Below the pieces are notes generated by a model. That model made no database searches. It had not been told where the DNA came from and was given only the letters and a program-made list of their open reading frames with translations. A program made the position numbers and the translations under genes. From Bacillota bacterium (GTDB lineage Bacteria > Bacillota_I > Bacilli_A > RFN20 > CAG-826), in NCBI GenBank assembly GCA_036822315.1, contig DAISHV010000001.1, positions 1 through 49,013 of the forward strand: DNA of 49,013 bases, given 5' to 3'. Numbering within the stretch: position 1 is the stretch's first letter; every line of letters starts with the position of its first letter. This document shows positions 17,714-27,001 of this stretch, in pieces.

Positions 17714-18151
17714 TTATTTATCGAGATCGTTCATCTCGTTAACCCGACGTTCGTGACGACCGCCCAAGAAATCCGTGGTCAGGAAGACATCAAGACGGCG
17801 TAAAACGTCATTCACAGCCATCGTTCGTCCACCAAAAGAAATCATATTGGCGTTATTGTGAGCCCGGATATCTTCAGCCGTCGAATCACTATAGGCAATT
17901 CCGCAGCGAATCCCTTTGATCTTGTTCGCGGTCATGCAAATGCCTTCGCCATTGCCGCAAACGACAACGCCATATTGGGCTTTGCCCGAAGCGACGTCTT
18001 TTGCCGCAGCGGCACCAAATAAGGGATAATCGGCCGGCTCTTCACTATGAGTGCCTTCATCGATAACTTCATAGCCTTTTTGAATCAAATGTTTTTTAAT
18101 CTCTTCCTTTAAAAGAAAACCCGCATGATCGCTTCCTAAGGCAATTTTCAT
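17714..18151 (-). CDS. rpiB: Ribose-5-phosphate isomerase B
   Basis: MKIALGSDHAGF...VCGNGEGICMTANK...RAHNNANM. Start set at 18151 (GGAGG 8 nt upstream) rather than 18166. Confidence 0.9.
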   Translation of the reverse strand: MKIALGSDHAGFLLKEEIKKHLIQKGYEVIDEGTHSEEPADYPLFGAAAAKDVASGKAQYGVVVCGNGEGICMTANKIKGIRCGIAYSDSTAEDIRAHNNANMISFGGRTMAVNDVLRRLDVFLTTDFLGGRHERRVNEMNDLDK

Positions 18152-18153
18152 TG

Positions 18154-18762
18154 TTATTTCCTCCATGCCTCTTGCAATGTCTGGAAAGGAATTGGCCCTT
18201 CCCGGACAAGTTTCATCTCGTCTTCGCTCGTCAAATCAACGATGGTACTGGCGACGAGTGAGGTGCATTCACCTTTGACGATACCGCCAACCAAACCATC
18301 GAAAACTTTTAAGACTTCGTCGTAATTCGTCGAGGTCGGCTGTCCCGAAATGTTCGCCGAGGTAACAAGGCAGGGCTTGCCAACTGCAGCAATTAAAGCC
18401 TGAACATAAGGCGAATCCGGAACCCGAATCCCAATAATGCCCGTGCCTAAAGTCACGTGTTCAGGCAAATCTTTTTTGGCATGAACAAGAACCGTTAATT
18501 CCCCGGGCAAAAAGCGTTTCATGATGGCTTGCGCCTTGGGACCGACATCCACATAAGCGAAGGCTTGGTCCAAACTCGAGCACATTAACGAAAAGGGTTT
18601 CGAGGGCGGCCGTTTCTTCGTCTCAACCAAATGAGTGAAAGCTTCTTTGGAATCGTAGACGACTCCGATTCCATAGACAGTCTCGGTCGGGAAAACGAGA
18701 ATTTCGCCTTTCCGAAGGAGATTTGCAGCGATTTTGATGTCTTTTTCGCTTAATTTTTCCAT
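18154..18762 (-). CDS. tsaC: L-threonylcarbamoyladenylate synthase (YrdC/TsaC domain only)
   Basis: VFPTETVYGIG, KKRPPSKPFSLM, TSANISGQP. 202 aa with no Sua5 C-terminal domain. Confidence 0.85.
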   Translation of the reverse strand: MEKLSEKDIKIAANLLRKGEILVFPTETVYGIGVVYDSKEAFTHLVETKKRPPSKPFSLMCSSLDQAFAYVDVGPKAQAIMKRFLPGELTVLVHAKKDLPEHVTLGTGIIGIRVPDSPYVQALIAAVGKPCLVTSANISGQPTSTNYDEVLKVFDGLVGGIVKGECTSLVASTIVDLTSEDEMKLVREGPIPFQTLQEAWRK

Positions 18763-18772
18763 GCTTGCTCCT

Positions 18773-19618
18773 TTACTTCAATTCAATGAAGAGGAAACGC
18801 GTGAGCCCGTTAAGATCTTTAACAAATTCAGCTTCGTAATCTTTGAGGTACTGGCTCATCAGCGATTTGAGCCACTCTTCCAAATCCGGAGAGATCTCAA
18901 ACGCCATATATAATGAGCCTCTTTTGACCTTTTGATAATCCCGAAACACCTTTTCATAAACGGATTCGCCCTCGCGAAGCCATAAGGCACTCGCGGGTTC
19001 GAAGTTACGAACCGAGGCTTGGGCATCTTGAGGATTGCGGATATAGGGTGGGTTCGAAACGATGATGTCGAGATTAAGTTTATGTTCAATGTAAGGGGCT
19101 AAACCATCACCTAAATAGGTATCGACAGGAATGCCAGAATCATGAAAATTCTTCTGAGCCACGGTCAAAGCGTCCGAAGAAATATCGCTCGCTAAAAGGA
19201 GCCAATTCGGAAAAGCGTCCTTAAGGGCGATGGCAATTGCTCCACTGCCCGTCCCAATATCGGCGCAAACCAAGTAGTTCCTCGGATCATAGAAATCCGA
19301 GATTTTTTCGCTGATATGAGAAACCAGTTCTTCCGTTTCGCTCCGCGGAATCAAAACCCGTTCATCCACATAGAGACGGTGACCCAAAAAATCAGCCTCA
19401 CGAATGATATATTCGACAGGCTCATCTTTCTTTAAGCGCTCAATCTGCTCAAGAAAAAGCGGGTAGTTCTTCATTTCTTTATCTTTGTCGACGATGACAT
19501 CAATCTGCTCTTGAAGCCCTTCGTCGTACATGATCAAAAGACGAAGATCGGGGGCTAAAATCCCGTAAGGTTTTAACTCGGCGGTCGCTTTGCGCAAAGC
19601 TTCACTTATGCTCGGCAT
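18773..19618 (-). CDS. prmC: Release-factor glutamine N5-methyltransferase
   Basis: SAM motif DIGTGSGAIAIAL and catalytic IVSNPPYI. Start at MPSISE (GAGGA SD). Overlaps the prfA stop by 17 nt. Confidence 0.9.
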   Translation of the reverse strand: MPSISEALRKATAELKPYGILAPDLRLLIMYDEGLQEQIDVIVDKDKEMKNYPLFLEQIERLKKDEPVEYIIREADFLGHRLYVDERVLIPRSETEELVSHISEKISDFYDPRNYLVCADIGTGSGAIAIALKDAFPNWLLLASDISSDALTVAQKNFHDSGIPVDTYLGDGLAPYIEHKLNLDIIVSNPPYIRNPQDAQASVRNFEPASALWLREGESVYEKVFRDYQKVKRGSLYMAFEISPDLEEWLKSLMSQYLKDYEAEFVKDLNGLTRFLFIELK

Positions 19619-20693
19619 GGTCTTCCTCAAGAATCTTTTGCTCTTGGTCAAAGTGGATCAAGGCTTCAATCACCGGTTCTAATTCCCCTTCCATGACGCG
19701 ATCCAAAGTATTGGTCGTAAAACCAATTCGGTGATCGGTAACGCGGTTTTGTGGGTAGTTATAGGTCCGGATCTTTTCGCTTCGTTCGCCTGTTCCCACT
19801 TTTAATTTACGTTCGGAATCGCGAGCTTCATCTTGCTTTGACTGATAAAAATCTTGAACCTTAGCGCGAATCATCTGCATGCAGATTTCTTTATTTTGAA
19901 GCTGAGCCTTTTCGGTTTGGCAGCTGACAACGATTCCCGTCGGGATATGCGTAACCCGGACTGCGGATTCCGTCTTGTTGACGTTCTGTCCGCCCGCTCC
20001 TTGTGAACGGTAGGTATCGATTTTTAAATCAGCCGGATTAATCTTCACATCGACTTCCTCGGCTTCGGGCATAACAAGGACAGTCGCGGTTGATGTGTGA
20101 ATCCGTCCAGCCGCCTCGGTCTTCGGAACCCGCTGAACCCGGTGAGCGCCACTTTCGAATTTCAATTTCGAATAAACGTTCTCGCCCTTCACCATGAAGG
20201 AAACATAAGAATAACCGCCAGCCCCACCCTCTTCGCCATCGACATATTGAATCGACCAGCCTTGGGATTCGGCATATTTGGTATACATTCTGAGCAAATC
20301 GCCAGCGAAAATATTGGCTTCATCCCCGCCGACAGCTCCGCGAATTTCAACGATGATGTTTTTCTTATCGTTAGGATCGACCGGAATAAGCTCTTCTTTT
20401 AAGGTCTTTTCCAGTTCTTCCATCTCGTTTTCGATTCGTTTCCGTTCTTCCTTCATCATTTCGACCATTTCCTGGTCGGAACCATTGATGATTTCCATCG
20501 CGTCTTTCAGATCGCTTTCGAGTCTCAAGTAACGGAGGTATTGGTTATTCTCATCTTCCAAAGAAGCACGCTCTTTCGAAAGCGCGGTCAGTCTCGGAAT
20601 ATCGTTATTCAAAGCGGGATCCGCCAACTCCGTTTCCAAATCGGCGAATCTTTTCTTCACCACTTCAAGACGATTCCGCATGCTTTCTTCCAT
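19602..20693 (-). CDS. prfA: Peptide chain release factor 1
   Basis: PET-type tripeptide region (RVQRVPKTEAAGRIHTS) and GGQ (RSQGAGGQNVNKTESAVR). Confidence 0.95.
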   Translation of the reverse strand: MEESMRNRLEVVKKRFADLETELADPALNNDIPRLTALSKERASLEDENNQYLRYLRLESDLKDAMEIINGSDQEMVEMMKEERKRIENEMEELEKTLKEELIPVDPNDKKNIIVEIRGAVGGDEANIFAGDLLRMYTKYAESQGWSIQYVDGEEGGAGGYSYVSFMVKGENVYSKLKFESGAHRVQRVPKTEAAGRIHTSTATVLVMPEAEEVDVKINPADLKIDTYRSQGAGGQNVNKTESAVRVTHIPTGIVVSCQTEKAQLQNKEICMQMIRAKVQDFYQSKQDEARDSERKLKVGTGERSEKIRTYNYPQNRVTDHRIGFTTNTLDRVMEGELEPVIEALIHFDQEQKILEEDHAEHK

Positions 20694-20722
20694 AACTTAC
20701 CTCGATGCGCTCGGATTATACC

Positions 20723-20731
20723 ACGGAAGAT
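20723..20731 (-). promoter_or_regulatory. Extended -10 element (TGgTATAAT) of the prfA operon
   Basis: Minus-strand gTGgTATAAT 23 nt upstream of the prfA ATG, with a GAGG SD in between. Confidence 0.5.
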
Positions 20732-20761
20732 AGTTCCACCGATAGGTTAAGAAAGAGCATA

Positions 20762-20797
20762 TTCTCACTAGTGAGAAGAAAGCGATAAAGGTATAAT
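20762..20797 (+). promoter_or_regulatory. dnaX promoter region: perfect 16-bp palindrome TTCTCACTAGTGAGAA over the -35 position plus -10 TATAAT
   Basis: Palindrome at 20762-20777. TATAAT at 20792-20797, only 11 nt from the dnaX ATG, with no SD. Confidence 0.45.
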
Positions 20798-20808
20798 CGT
20801 TCTTAGCC

Positions 20809-22770
20809 ATGTCATACAAAGCTCTTTATCTTACTTATCGTCCGCAGACCTTCGAAGAAGTCGCTGGTCAAAAAGCCATTGTCCGCACCCTGAAAAACGC
20901 CCTGAGCACCGAAAAGATGGCGCATGCTTATCTTTTTGCAGGACCACGGGGAACTGGCAAGACTTCGATGGCCCGTCTTTTCGCCAAAGCTCTCAATTGC
21001 GAAGAAGGTTTAGGTCATCAATGCAACCATTGTTCTAACTGCTTGGCGATTTCAGAAGGAAGCCATCCAGATGTCATCGAGATCGACGCTGCGAGCAACA
21101 ACGGCGTTGACCAAGTTCGCGATTTGATTGATAAAGTCAAATACGCTCCTATTAAAGGAAAATACAAAGTCTATATCATCGACGAAGTCCATATGATGTC
21201 GACCGGGGCTTTTAACGCCTTGCTCAAGACCCTCGAGGAACCCCCTGAGAATGTTATTTTCATTCTTTGCACAACCGAACCCTACAAAGTCCTTCCGACT
21301 ATCCTTTCCCGTTGCCAGCGTTTTGATTTTTCAAAACTCTCTGATGAAGATATGCGCGGAAAACTCGTCGAAGTTTTGACTCAAGAAAAAACCGAATATG
21401 ATGAACAAGGCATTCGGGCTGTCATCGCTTTAGCCGATGGCGGAATGCGCGATGCTCTTTCGATTCTCGACCAGGTACTAGCCTATTCGGGAAATCAGCT
21501 TCACGAAAAAGACGTTTTGGCCATTTATGGCTTAGCCTCGGTTGAAGAAAAAATCGCCCTTCTCCAATCCGTCAAAAGCGGTGATGTCGCCACCGTCATT
21601 ACCAAAGCCGAATCTTTTGTCGCCGGAGGTATTGATGTCCGGCGTCTCGTCGCGGATTTGATTTCACTCCTCAAAGATCTTTTGATTTATGAAAAGACCG
21701 GCGATAGCACCCTCATCGAGGAAATCACCGCCGAACAGGCTCAGCTTCTTTCAAAGAGCATTGGACCCGCCTCATGCAACGACATGATTTCGCTTCTGTT
21801 AACCGCTCAGAATGACTTTAAAAATGTTAGCGATGTTCGTAGTCTCTTCGAGCTAACTTTGCTTCGCCTCGCTAGCCTTGATCAAAAAGAAGAAGGCTTC
21901 ATCCACGAGCCGATCAAGCCGGCAAAAGTCGAAGAGAAAGTTATTGTAAAAGAGACCAAAACTAGCGAAGAGAAAAAACCTGTGGAAGTTAAAAAAGCCC
22001 CTGAAGTTGTCTCGACGCCCGCCCCCACTACGCCAATAGCAAAACCGGCGGAACCAGAAAAGAAAGTGGCTCCTATCGCCCCTGCTCCACAGGTTAAAGT
22101 GGAAGTACCAGCCGCCGAAGTCAAAGTAGAACCCCAAAAAGCAATATCTCCGCAAAAACCCGATGAAACAACTCCGCCGGACTTCCTTTTCGAAGACGAT
22201 CATCCCATCGAAAAAGCTCCCGAAGCTCCTAAGCCCGTGAAAAAAGAAGCCACTCCCGTTCCTGTTAAGAAAGAAGAACCGCTTCCTGAAACCGAGCATC
22301 CAACAACGACAATTAATATCGCCAACATTTTGAAGCCTGCCATTGCTACCGAAGGCATGGAATTCGAATTGCCCGATGAAGAAATCGTCAAAATCATGGT
22401 GCTCGCCGATAAGAGCGAGCGCACTTCTTTAGCAAGCCGATGGCACCATTTCTCCGATTTGCGAGGCGATCCGAAAATCGGGGCTTTGGCTTCGTTATTG
22501 GCCGATGGGCATCCTTTCTGCATTTGTCCTGACGCCATCATTCTTTCTTACAACTTCACCAAGCGAAAGAAAGAAGCCAACATCATGGCGAATCAGCAGC
22601 CGCTAGAAGAATTGCTCAAAGAAGTTATTCAACGCAACGTCTTCGTTTATGCGATCGACCGGATTGATGCCAACCGTCTCACGGCGGCGTTCTTCAATCT
22701 TCAACAGATCAATAAACTTCCCAAAAAAGCGGAAGTTCAATTGAATTTGCCAATAGGAGGCAAAAAATAA
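20809..22770 (+). CDS. dnaX: DNA polymerase III subunit gamma/tau
   Basis: Walker A GPRGTGKTS, Zn module CEEGLGHQCNHCSNC, DEVHM, SRCQRF. Long P/A/K/E/V-rich linker (aa ~365-500) followed by a tau C-terminal domain. Confidence 0.95.
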   Translation: MSYKALYLTYRPQTFEEVAGQKAIVRTLKNALSTEKMAHAYLFAGPRGTGKTSMARLFAKALNCEEGLGHQCNHCSNCLAISEGSHPDVIEIDAASNNGVDQVRDLIDKVKYAPIKGKYKVYIIDEVHMMSTGAFNALLKTLEEPPENVIFILCTTEPYKVLPTILSRCQRFDFSKLSDEDMRGKLVEVLTQEKTEYDEQGIRAVIALADGGMRDALSILDQVLAYSGNQLHEKDVLAIYGLASVEEKIALLQSVKSGDVATVITKAESFVAGGIDVRRLVADLISLLKDLLIYEKTGDSTLIEEITAEQAQLLSKSIGPASCNDMISLLLTAQNDFKNVSDVRSLFELTLLRLASLDQKEEGFIHEPIKPAKVEEKVIVKETKTSEEKKPVEVKKAPEVVSTPAPTTPIAKPAEPEKKVAPIAPAPQVKVEVPAAEVKVEPQKAISPQKPDETTPPDFLFEDDHPIEKAPEAPKPVKKEATPVPVKKEEPLPETEHPTTTINIANILKPAIATEGMEFELPDEEIVKIMVLADKSERTSLASRWHHFSDLRGDPKIGALASLLADGHPFCICPDAIILSYNFTKRKKEANIMANQQPLEELLKEVIQRNVFVYAIDRIDANRLTAAFFNLQQINKLPKKAEVQLNLPIGGKK

Positions 22771-22771
22771 A

Positions 22772-23077
22772 ATGAATCAGATGCAACAAATGTTGGCCCA
22801 AGCCCAGCGGATGCAACGCGAGCTCACCAAGGCCCATCAAGAACTCGACGCCAAAGACTACACCGTTAAAAAAGCCGGTATCGTTGAAGTCACGTTAAAA
22901 GGAAACCGCACGGTTTCTGCCGTGAAAATCGAAGCCTCGGCTTTAAGTGCGGAGAACAAAGAGATGATTGAAGACACCATCGCGATGGCCATCAACGAAG
23001 CCCTTGAGCAAATCAAGAAGGACGCGGATGCTGTCGATGAGAGAATCACGGGGCAAAAAGGAGCTCTTCCTTTCTAA
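22772..23077 (+). CDS. ybaB: YbaB/EbfC-family nucleoid-associated protein
   Basis: 101 aa, MQQMLAQAQRMQRELTKAHQEL... Conserved position between dnaX and recR. Confidence 0.9.
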   Translation: MNQMQQMLAQAQRMQRELTKAHQELDAKDYTVKKAGIVEVTLKGNRTVSAVKIEASALSAENKEMIEDTIAMAINEALEQIKKDADAVDERITGQKGALPF

Positions 23078-23673
23078 TGAAGGAACTTCAAACCGTCAGC
23101 GCGTTAATCAATTCTTTCTCGAAGCTGCCCGGCGTCGGTGTCAAATCCGCCGAACGGATGGCTTACGCGATTTTAGCGATGCGGCAAGAAGACACCCTCG
23201 AATTCGCCAAAGCCTTAGAAGAAGCGAGCAAAAAAGTTCATAAATGTCCCGTCTGCGGGCTCTATACCGAAGGTGAGAAGTGCGAAATCTGCCTCGATGA
23301 AAAACGCGATCATCAAACCCTGTGTGTCGTGAGCGAAGTCAAGGATGCTTTGGCTATCGAAAAGATGGCGAAGTTCCAAGGGGTTTATCACGTCCTCGGC
23401 GGCGTCTTGTCCGCTTCCAAAGGAATTGGAGCTGAGAATTTAGCCATCGATAGTCTTTTAGCCCGAGTGAAAAAAGACGGGGTCAAAGAAGTGATTCTAG
23501 CCACCAATCCAACCTTGGATGGCGAAACCACCGCTTTGTTCGTGGCTAAACTCCTCGAAGGCAAAGGCGTCACCGTCACCCGACTTGGCTATGGCTTGCC
23601 GATGGGCTCTTCGCTTGATTACGCCGATTCATTGACTCTTTCGAAAGCATTTGAAGGAAGGAAAAAGCTCTAA
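23077..23673 (+). CDS. recR: Recombination protein RecR
   Basis: HhH LPGVGVKSAERMA, zinc finger CPVCG...CEIC, Toprim domain VVSEVKD...YHVLGG. Confidence 0.95.
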   Translation: MKELQTVSALINSFSKLPGVGVKSAERMAYAILAMRQEDTLEFAKALEEASKKVHKCPVCGLYTEGEKCEICLDEKRDHQTLCVVSEVKDALAIEKMAKFQGVYHVLGGVLSASKGIGAENLAIDSLLARVKKDGVKEVILATNPTLDGETTALFVAKLLEGKGVTVTRLGYGLPMGSSLDYADSLTLSKAFEGRKKL

Positions 23674-24293
23674 TGTTTATTACCTTTGAAGGCGGGGAAG
23701 GCTCGGGCAAGAGCACCGCAATCCGTAAAATCGTCTCTGAACTTGAAAAAGAAGGCTACGAGGTCGTTTTGACCCGAGAACCTGGCGGCACCCCCATCAG
23801 CGAAGAAATCCGCAATGTCATCCTCGATAAAAAGAACACCGATATGGATCCGAGAACCGAGGCGTTACTTTATGCTGCAAGTCGGCGACAACATATCGTT
23901 CAAAAGATTTTGCCTGCCCTTAAAGAAGGCAAGATTGTGATCTGCGACCGCTACCTCGATTCCTCTTTGGCCTATCAAGGGGGAGCTCGTGGCTTAGGGA
24001 TCGATAATGTCCTGGCCATGAATCTCTTCGCCACCGAAGGATTGGAGCCTGATTTGACGTTGCTTTTTGATATTAAACCTGAAGTTGGCTTAGCAAGAAT
24101 CGCTGCAAATTCCGGGAGGGAAGTTAACCGCCTCGACGTCGAAAAGCTTTCGTTCCATAACCAAGTCCGCGCCGCGTTTCAAGAACTCGCCAAGCGCTTT
24201 CCGAAACGTTATTTCACCATTGATGCTTCCCAATCTCCTGAAGCGGTTTATCAAGCCGCTTATAACGAAATCAAGGCTCGTTTGAAATCATGA
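23673..24293 (+). CDS. tmk: Thymidylate kinase
   Basis: P-loop FITFEGGEGSGKST, TREPGGT, DRYLDSSLAYQG. Confidence 0.95.
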   Translation: MFITFEGGEGSGKSTAIRKIVSELEKEGYEVVLTREPGGTPISEEIRNVILDKKNTDMDPRTEALLYAASRRQHIVQKILPALKEGKIVICDRYLDSSLAYQGGARGLGIDNVLAMNLFATEGLEPDLTLLFDIKPEVGLARIAANSGREVNRLDVEKLSFHNQVRAAFQELAKRFPKRYFTIDASQSPEAVYQAAYNEIKARLKS

Positions 24294-25267
24294 AATTCGC
24301 GGGGTATTTAGAGAATAAGCAACCGCTCGTTTGGAAAACTTTTTCTCATGCCCTCGAATCGCATCGTCTCGCCCATGCCTATCTTCTTTCGGGTGAAGCT
24401 GGCGCCCCTTTAAAAGAAACGGCCTTCTTCCTCGCTAAATCTATTCTGTGCGATCATCCCGATCCGATGGCCGATGAAACTTGCCTCACCTGCACGCGAA
24501 TTGAGCATCGTACCTATGCCGATTTCATCTTTCTTGATGGAGAAGAAAACAGCATAAAAAAAGACGATGTTCAAGAAATCTTAGGCGATTTCTCCAAAAC
24601 GCCGCTCGAAGACAAAGGCATCATGGTCTACATCATCCATCTGGTAGAAAACATGACGGTTGAGGCAGTCAATTCTTTACTCAAATTCCTTGAGGAACCG
24701 AATAAAAACACCTATGCCATTTTGACCACACAAAACGAGGCGCGTCTTTTGCCGACAATCGTGAGCCGTTGCGAAAGCATGCGAATGCTCCTAGCCCCAC
24801 GCGATGAAGTGATTGCCGAAGCCAAAGCAATGGGCGTGGACGAAAAAGACGCTGAATTGCTCGCTTATTTCTGCAATAGCGGCGATTTAATCGCCCTTGA
24901 AAGCAAAGACGAAGATTATCTTGATGCCAAAAAAGCTTTTGAAACCAGTTTGGGTGCTTTAAGTAAAACCCGGAGCGCGGCGATTTATGCTTTTGAGAAA
25001 AACATCATTCCTTTCATCAGCAAAAAAGAAGATGCCCGCTATTACCTCGACATGCTTTCTCTGGCGTTCAAGGACCTCTTGCTCCTCAAAGAAAATCGTC
25101 CAATAAAACTTTCCAGTTATGCTACACTATTGGAGCCGATTTCTCGGACGTTACATCATCCCTCGGAATCCTTATTGGAAATCATGCGCTGCCGGGGTGA
25201 ACTCGATTTGAATATCAGCGTGTCGCTGTTATTAGAGCATTTAGCCAATTATTTGACGAAGGAGTAG
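24290..25267 (+). CDS. holB: DNA polymerase III subunit delta-prime
   Basis: RLAHAYLLSG, zinc-module remnant C-x2-C, LKFLEEP, TIVSRC. Conserved tmk-holB-ricT order. Confidence 0.85.
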   Translation: MKFAGYLENKQPLVWKTFSHALESHRLAHAYLLSGEAGAPLKETAFFLAKSILCDHPDPMADETCLTCTRIEHRTYADFIFLDGEENSIKKDDVQEILGDFSKTPLEDKGIMVYIIHLVENMTVEAVNSLLKFLEEPNKNTYAILTTQNEARLLPTIVSRCESMRMLLAPRDEVIAEAKAMGVDEKDAELLAYFCNSGDLIALESKDEDYLDAKKAFETSLGALSKTRSAAIYAFEKNIIPFISKKEDARYYLDMLSLAFKDLLLLKENRPIKLSSYATLLEPISRTLHHPSESLLEIMRCRGELDLNISVSLLLEHLANYLTKE

Positions 25268-25270
25268 ACC

Positions 25271-26128
25271 ATGGATTCAGAAATGGAAGATCGTTATTTT
25301 GTCGGAGTCCGCTATGAGGGCGTTGGTAAGTCCTATTATTACTCGACCCACATCGGCGATTTGCGCGTGGGCGATAAAGTTGTCGTCGAGAATATTTCCG
25401 GTTTGCAAATCGGGATCGTTTCCACGGCTCTTTTGCCGATCGAAAGCTACAGTTCTCATTTGGATCTCAAGCCCGTTCTTCGCCGGCCAACTCCCGAAGA
25501 TCTCCAAGACTATAACTCCAGCATCCGCGAAGCTCAGCAAGCCTTAGAGATTGCTCGCGAAGAAGCGGCGAATCTCGGGCTTCAAATGAAGTTCCTCACC
25601 TCGTCGTTCTCTCTTGATGGTTCAAAAGTCACCATCACCTATACCGCTGATGGTCGCGTGGATTTCCGAGAATTGCTTCGGCTCCTTGCTCCTCAACTCC
25701 GCTGCCGGATTGAACTCCATCAAATCGCTTCGCGCGATAAGGCAAAAATGATTGGTGGGATGGGCATTTGCGGTTTACCGCTTTGCTGTGCCACTTTCTT
25801 GAATTCTTTTGATGGTATTTCAATTTCTCGAGCGAAGAACCAGATGCTCACTCTCAATATTCCGAAGCTTTCGGGAGCTTGTGGCAAATTGATTTGCTGT
25901 TTATCTTACGAAGATGATCTTTATACCGAAGCAAAACGAGACTTCCCCCGGATCGGTACCGTCATCCACCAAAATGGTGTGGATTATACGGTCGAGACCT
26001 ATAACGTTTTGGCCCGAAGCGTCAAATTAAGTAATGCCGAAGGCTACGAATTCATCTCTTTGGATGATTTCAATGCGATGGCGAAGAAAGCCGCCGCCAC
26101 TAATGGAGCAAAAGGCCCCAACGCTTAA
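25271..26128 (+). CDS. ricT: PSP1-domain protein (RicT/YaaT family)
   Basis: PSP1 C-terminal domain with a Cys-rich segment GMGICGLPLCCATFL...GACGKLICCL. Confidence 0.85.
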   Translation: MDSEMEDRYFVGVRYEGVGKSYYYSTHIGDLRVGDKVVVENISGLQIGIVSTALLPIESYSSHLDLKPVLRRPTPEDLQDYNSSIREAQQALEIAREEAANLGLQMKFLTSSFSLDGSKVTITYTADGRVDFRELLRLLAPQLRCRIELHQIASRDKAKMIGGMGICGLPLCCATFLNSFDGISISRAKNQMLTLNIPKLSGACGKLICCLSYEDDLYTEAKRDFPRIGTVIHQNGVDYTVETYNVLARSVKLSNAEGYEFISLDDFNAMAKKAAATNGAKGPNA

Positions 26129-26137
26129 GGATACCCT

Positions 26138-27001
26138 ATGATTACCCGCGAACTGAACTATGAAGGGGCTTCTCCCCTTCTTTATTTGGTCGCGACCCCA
26201 ATCGGAAATTTAGGTGAATTTCCACCTCGGGCAATCGAAGTTTTAAAGAGCGTGGATTTTGTGGCTTGCGAAGACACTCGCAATTCCGGGCTGCTTTTGC
26301 AGAGATTTCAGATTGATAAGCCTTTGATCTCTTGCCACGAACACAACGAAGAAAGCGCCGCCGACAAGATTGTCGCCCTTCTCAAAGAAGGCAAGAAAGT
26401 CGCCTATGTTTCCGATGCGGGTTACCCTGTAGTTTCCGATCCGGGAAACCGTTTGGCAGGACGCTGCATCAAGGAAGGTATCAAGGTCGCCGTCATCAAC
26501 GGGCCAAGCGCCGGCATTTGTGCGCTTGTCGGTTCCGGGCTCAATGCCGATCATTTCTATTTTTATGGCTTTCTATCGGCCAAAAGCGCCGAACGAAAGA
26601 CCGAGCTCCGTTCGCTCGTCTCTTTTCCTTCGACTTTGATTTTCTATGAATCCCCTCACCGGATTGACGAAATGCTTAAAGACGTCAGCGTAATCTTAGG
26701 AACGGACCGCCCCGCTTGCCTTTGCCGCGAACTGACAAAGACTCACGAAGAATATATCCGAGGTACTTTAGGGGAAATTGCCGCTTTGGATCCGACAACT
26801 TTAATTGGGGAAATGGTTCTCATCGTTAGCGGAGCTCCGCTTGTAACAAAAGAAATCACAGACGGGGAAATTGCGGAGATTTTAAAAGAAAAGCTCCTTC
26901 ATGAAAGTGGCAAAGACGCCGTCAAAGAGGTCAGTCAAGAAAACGCGATTCCGAAGAACCGCGTTTACGCCGTTTATTTGACGCTAATCAAGGACCGTTA
27001 G
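26138..27001 (+). CDS. rsmI: 16S rRNA (cytidine1402-2'-O)-methyltransferase
   Basis: Tetrapyrrole-methylase-fold motifs LYLVATPIGNLGE, ACEDTR, SDAGYPVVSDPG, FYESPHR. Confidence 0.9.
   Translation: MITRELNYEGASPLLYLVATPIGNLGEFPPRAIEVLKSVDFVACEDTRNSGLLLQRFQIDKPLISCHEHNEESAADKIVALLKEGKKVAYVSDAGYPVVSDPGNRLAGRCIKEGIKVAVINGPSAGICALVGSGLNADHFYFYGFLSAKSAERKTELRSLVSFPSTLIFYESPHRIDEMLKDVSVILGTDRPACLCRELTKTHEEYIRGTLGEIAALDPTTLIGEMVLIVSGAPLVTKEITDGEIAEILKEKLLHESGKDAVKEVSQENAIPKNRVYAVYLTLIKDR

Noticed and set aside
20694-20808. SRP RNA (ffs/scr) or oriC-like DnaA-box cluster in the divergent region upstream of dnaX.
   Set aside because: The region is only 115 bp and I saw no TTATCCACA-like boxes. It is too short and lacks the conserved SRP domain IV hairpin. 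The strand switch here is adequately explained by two divergent promoters.
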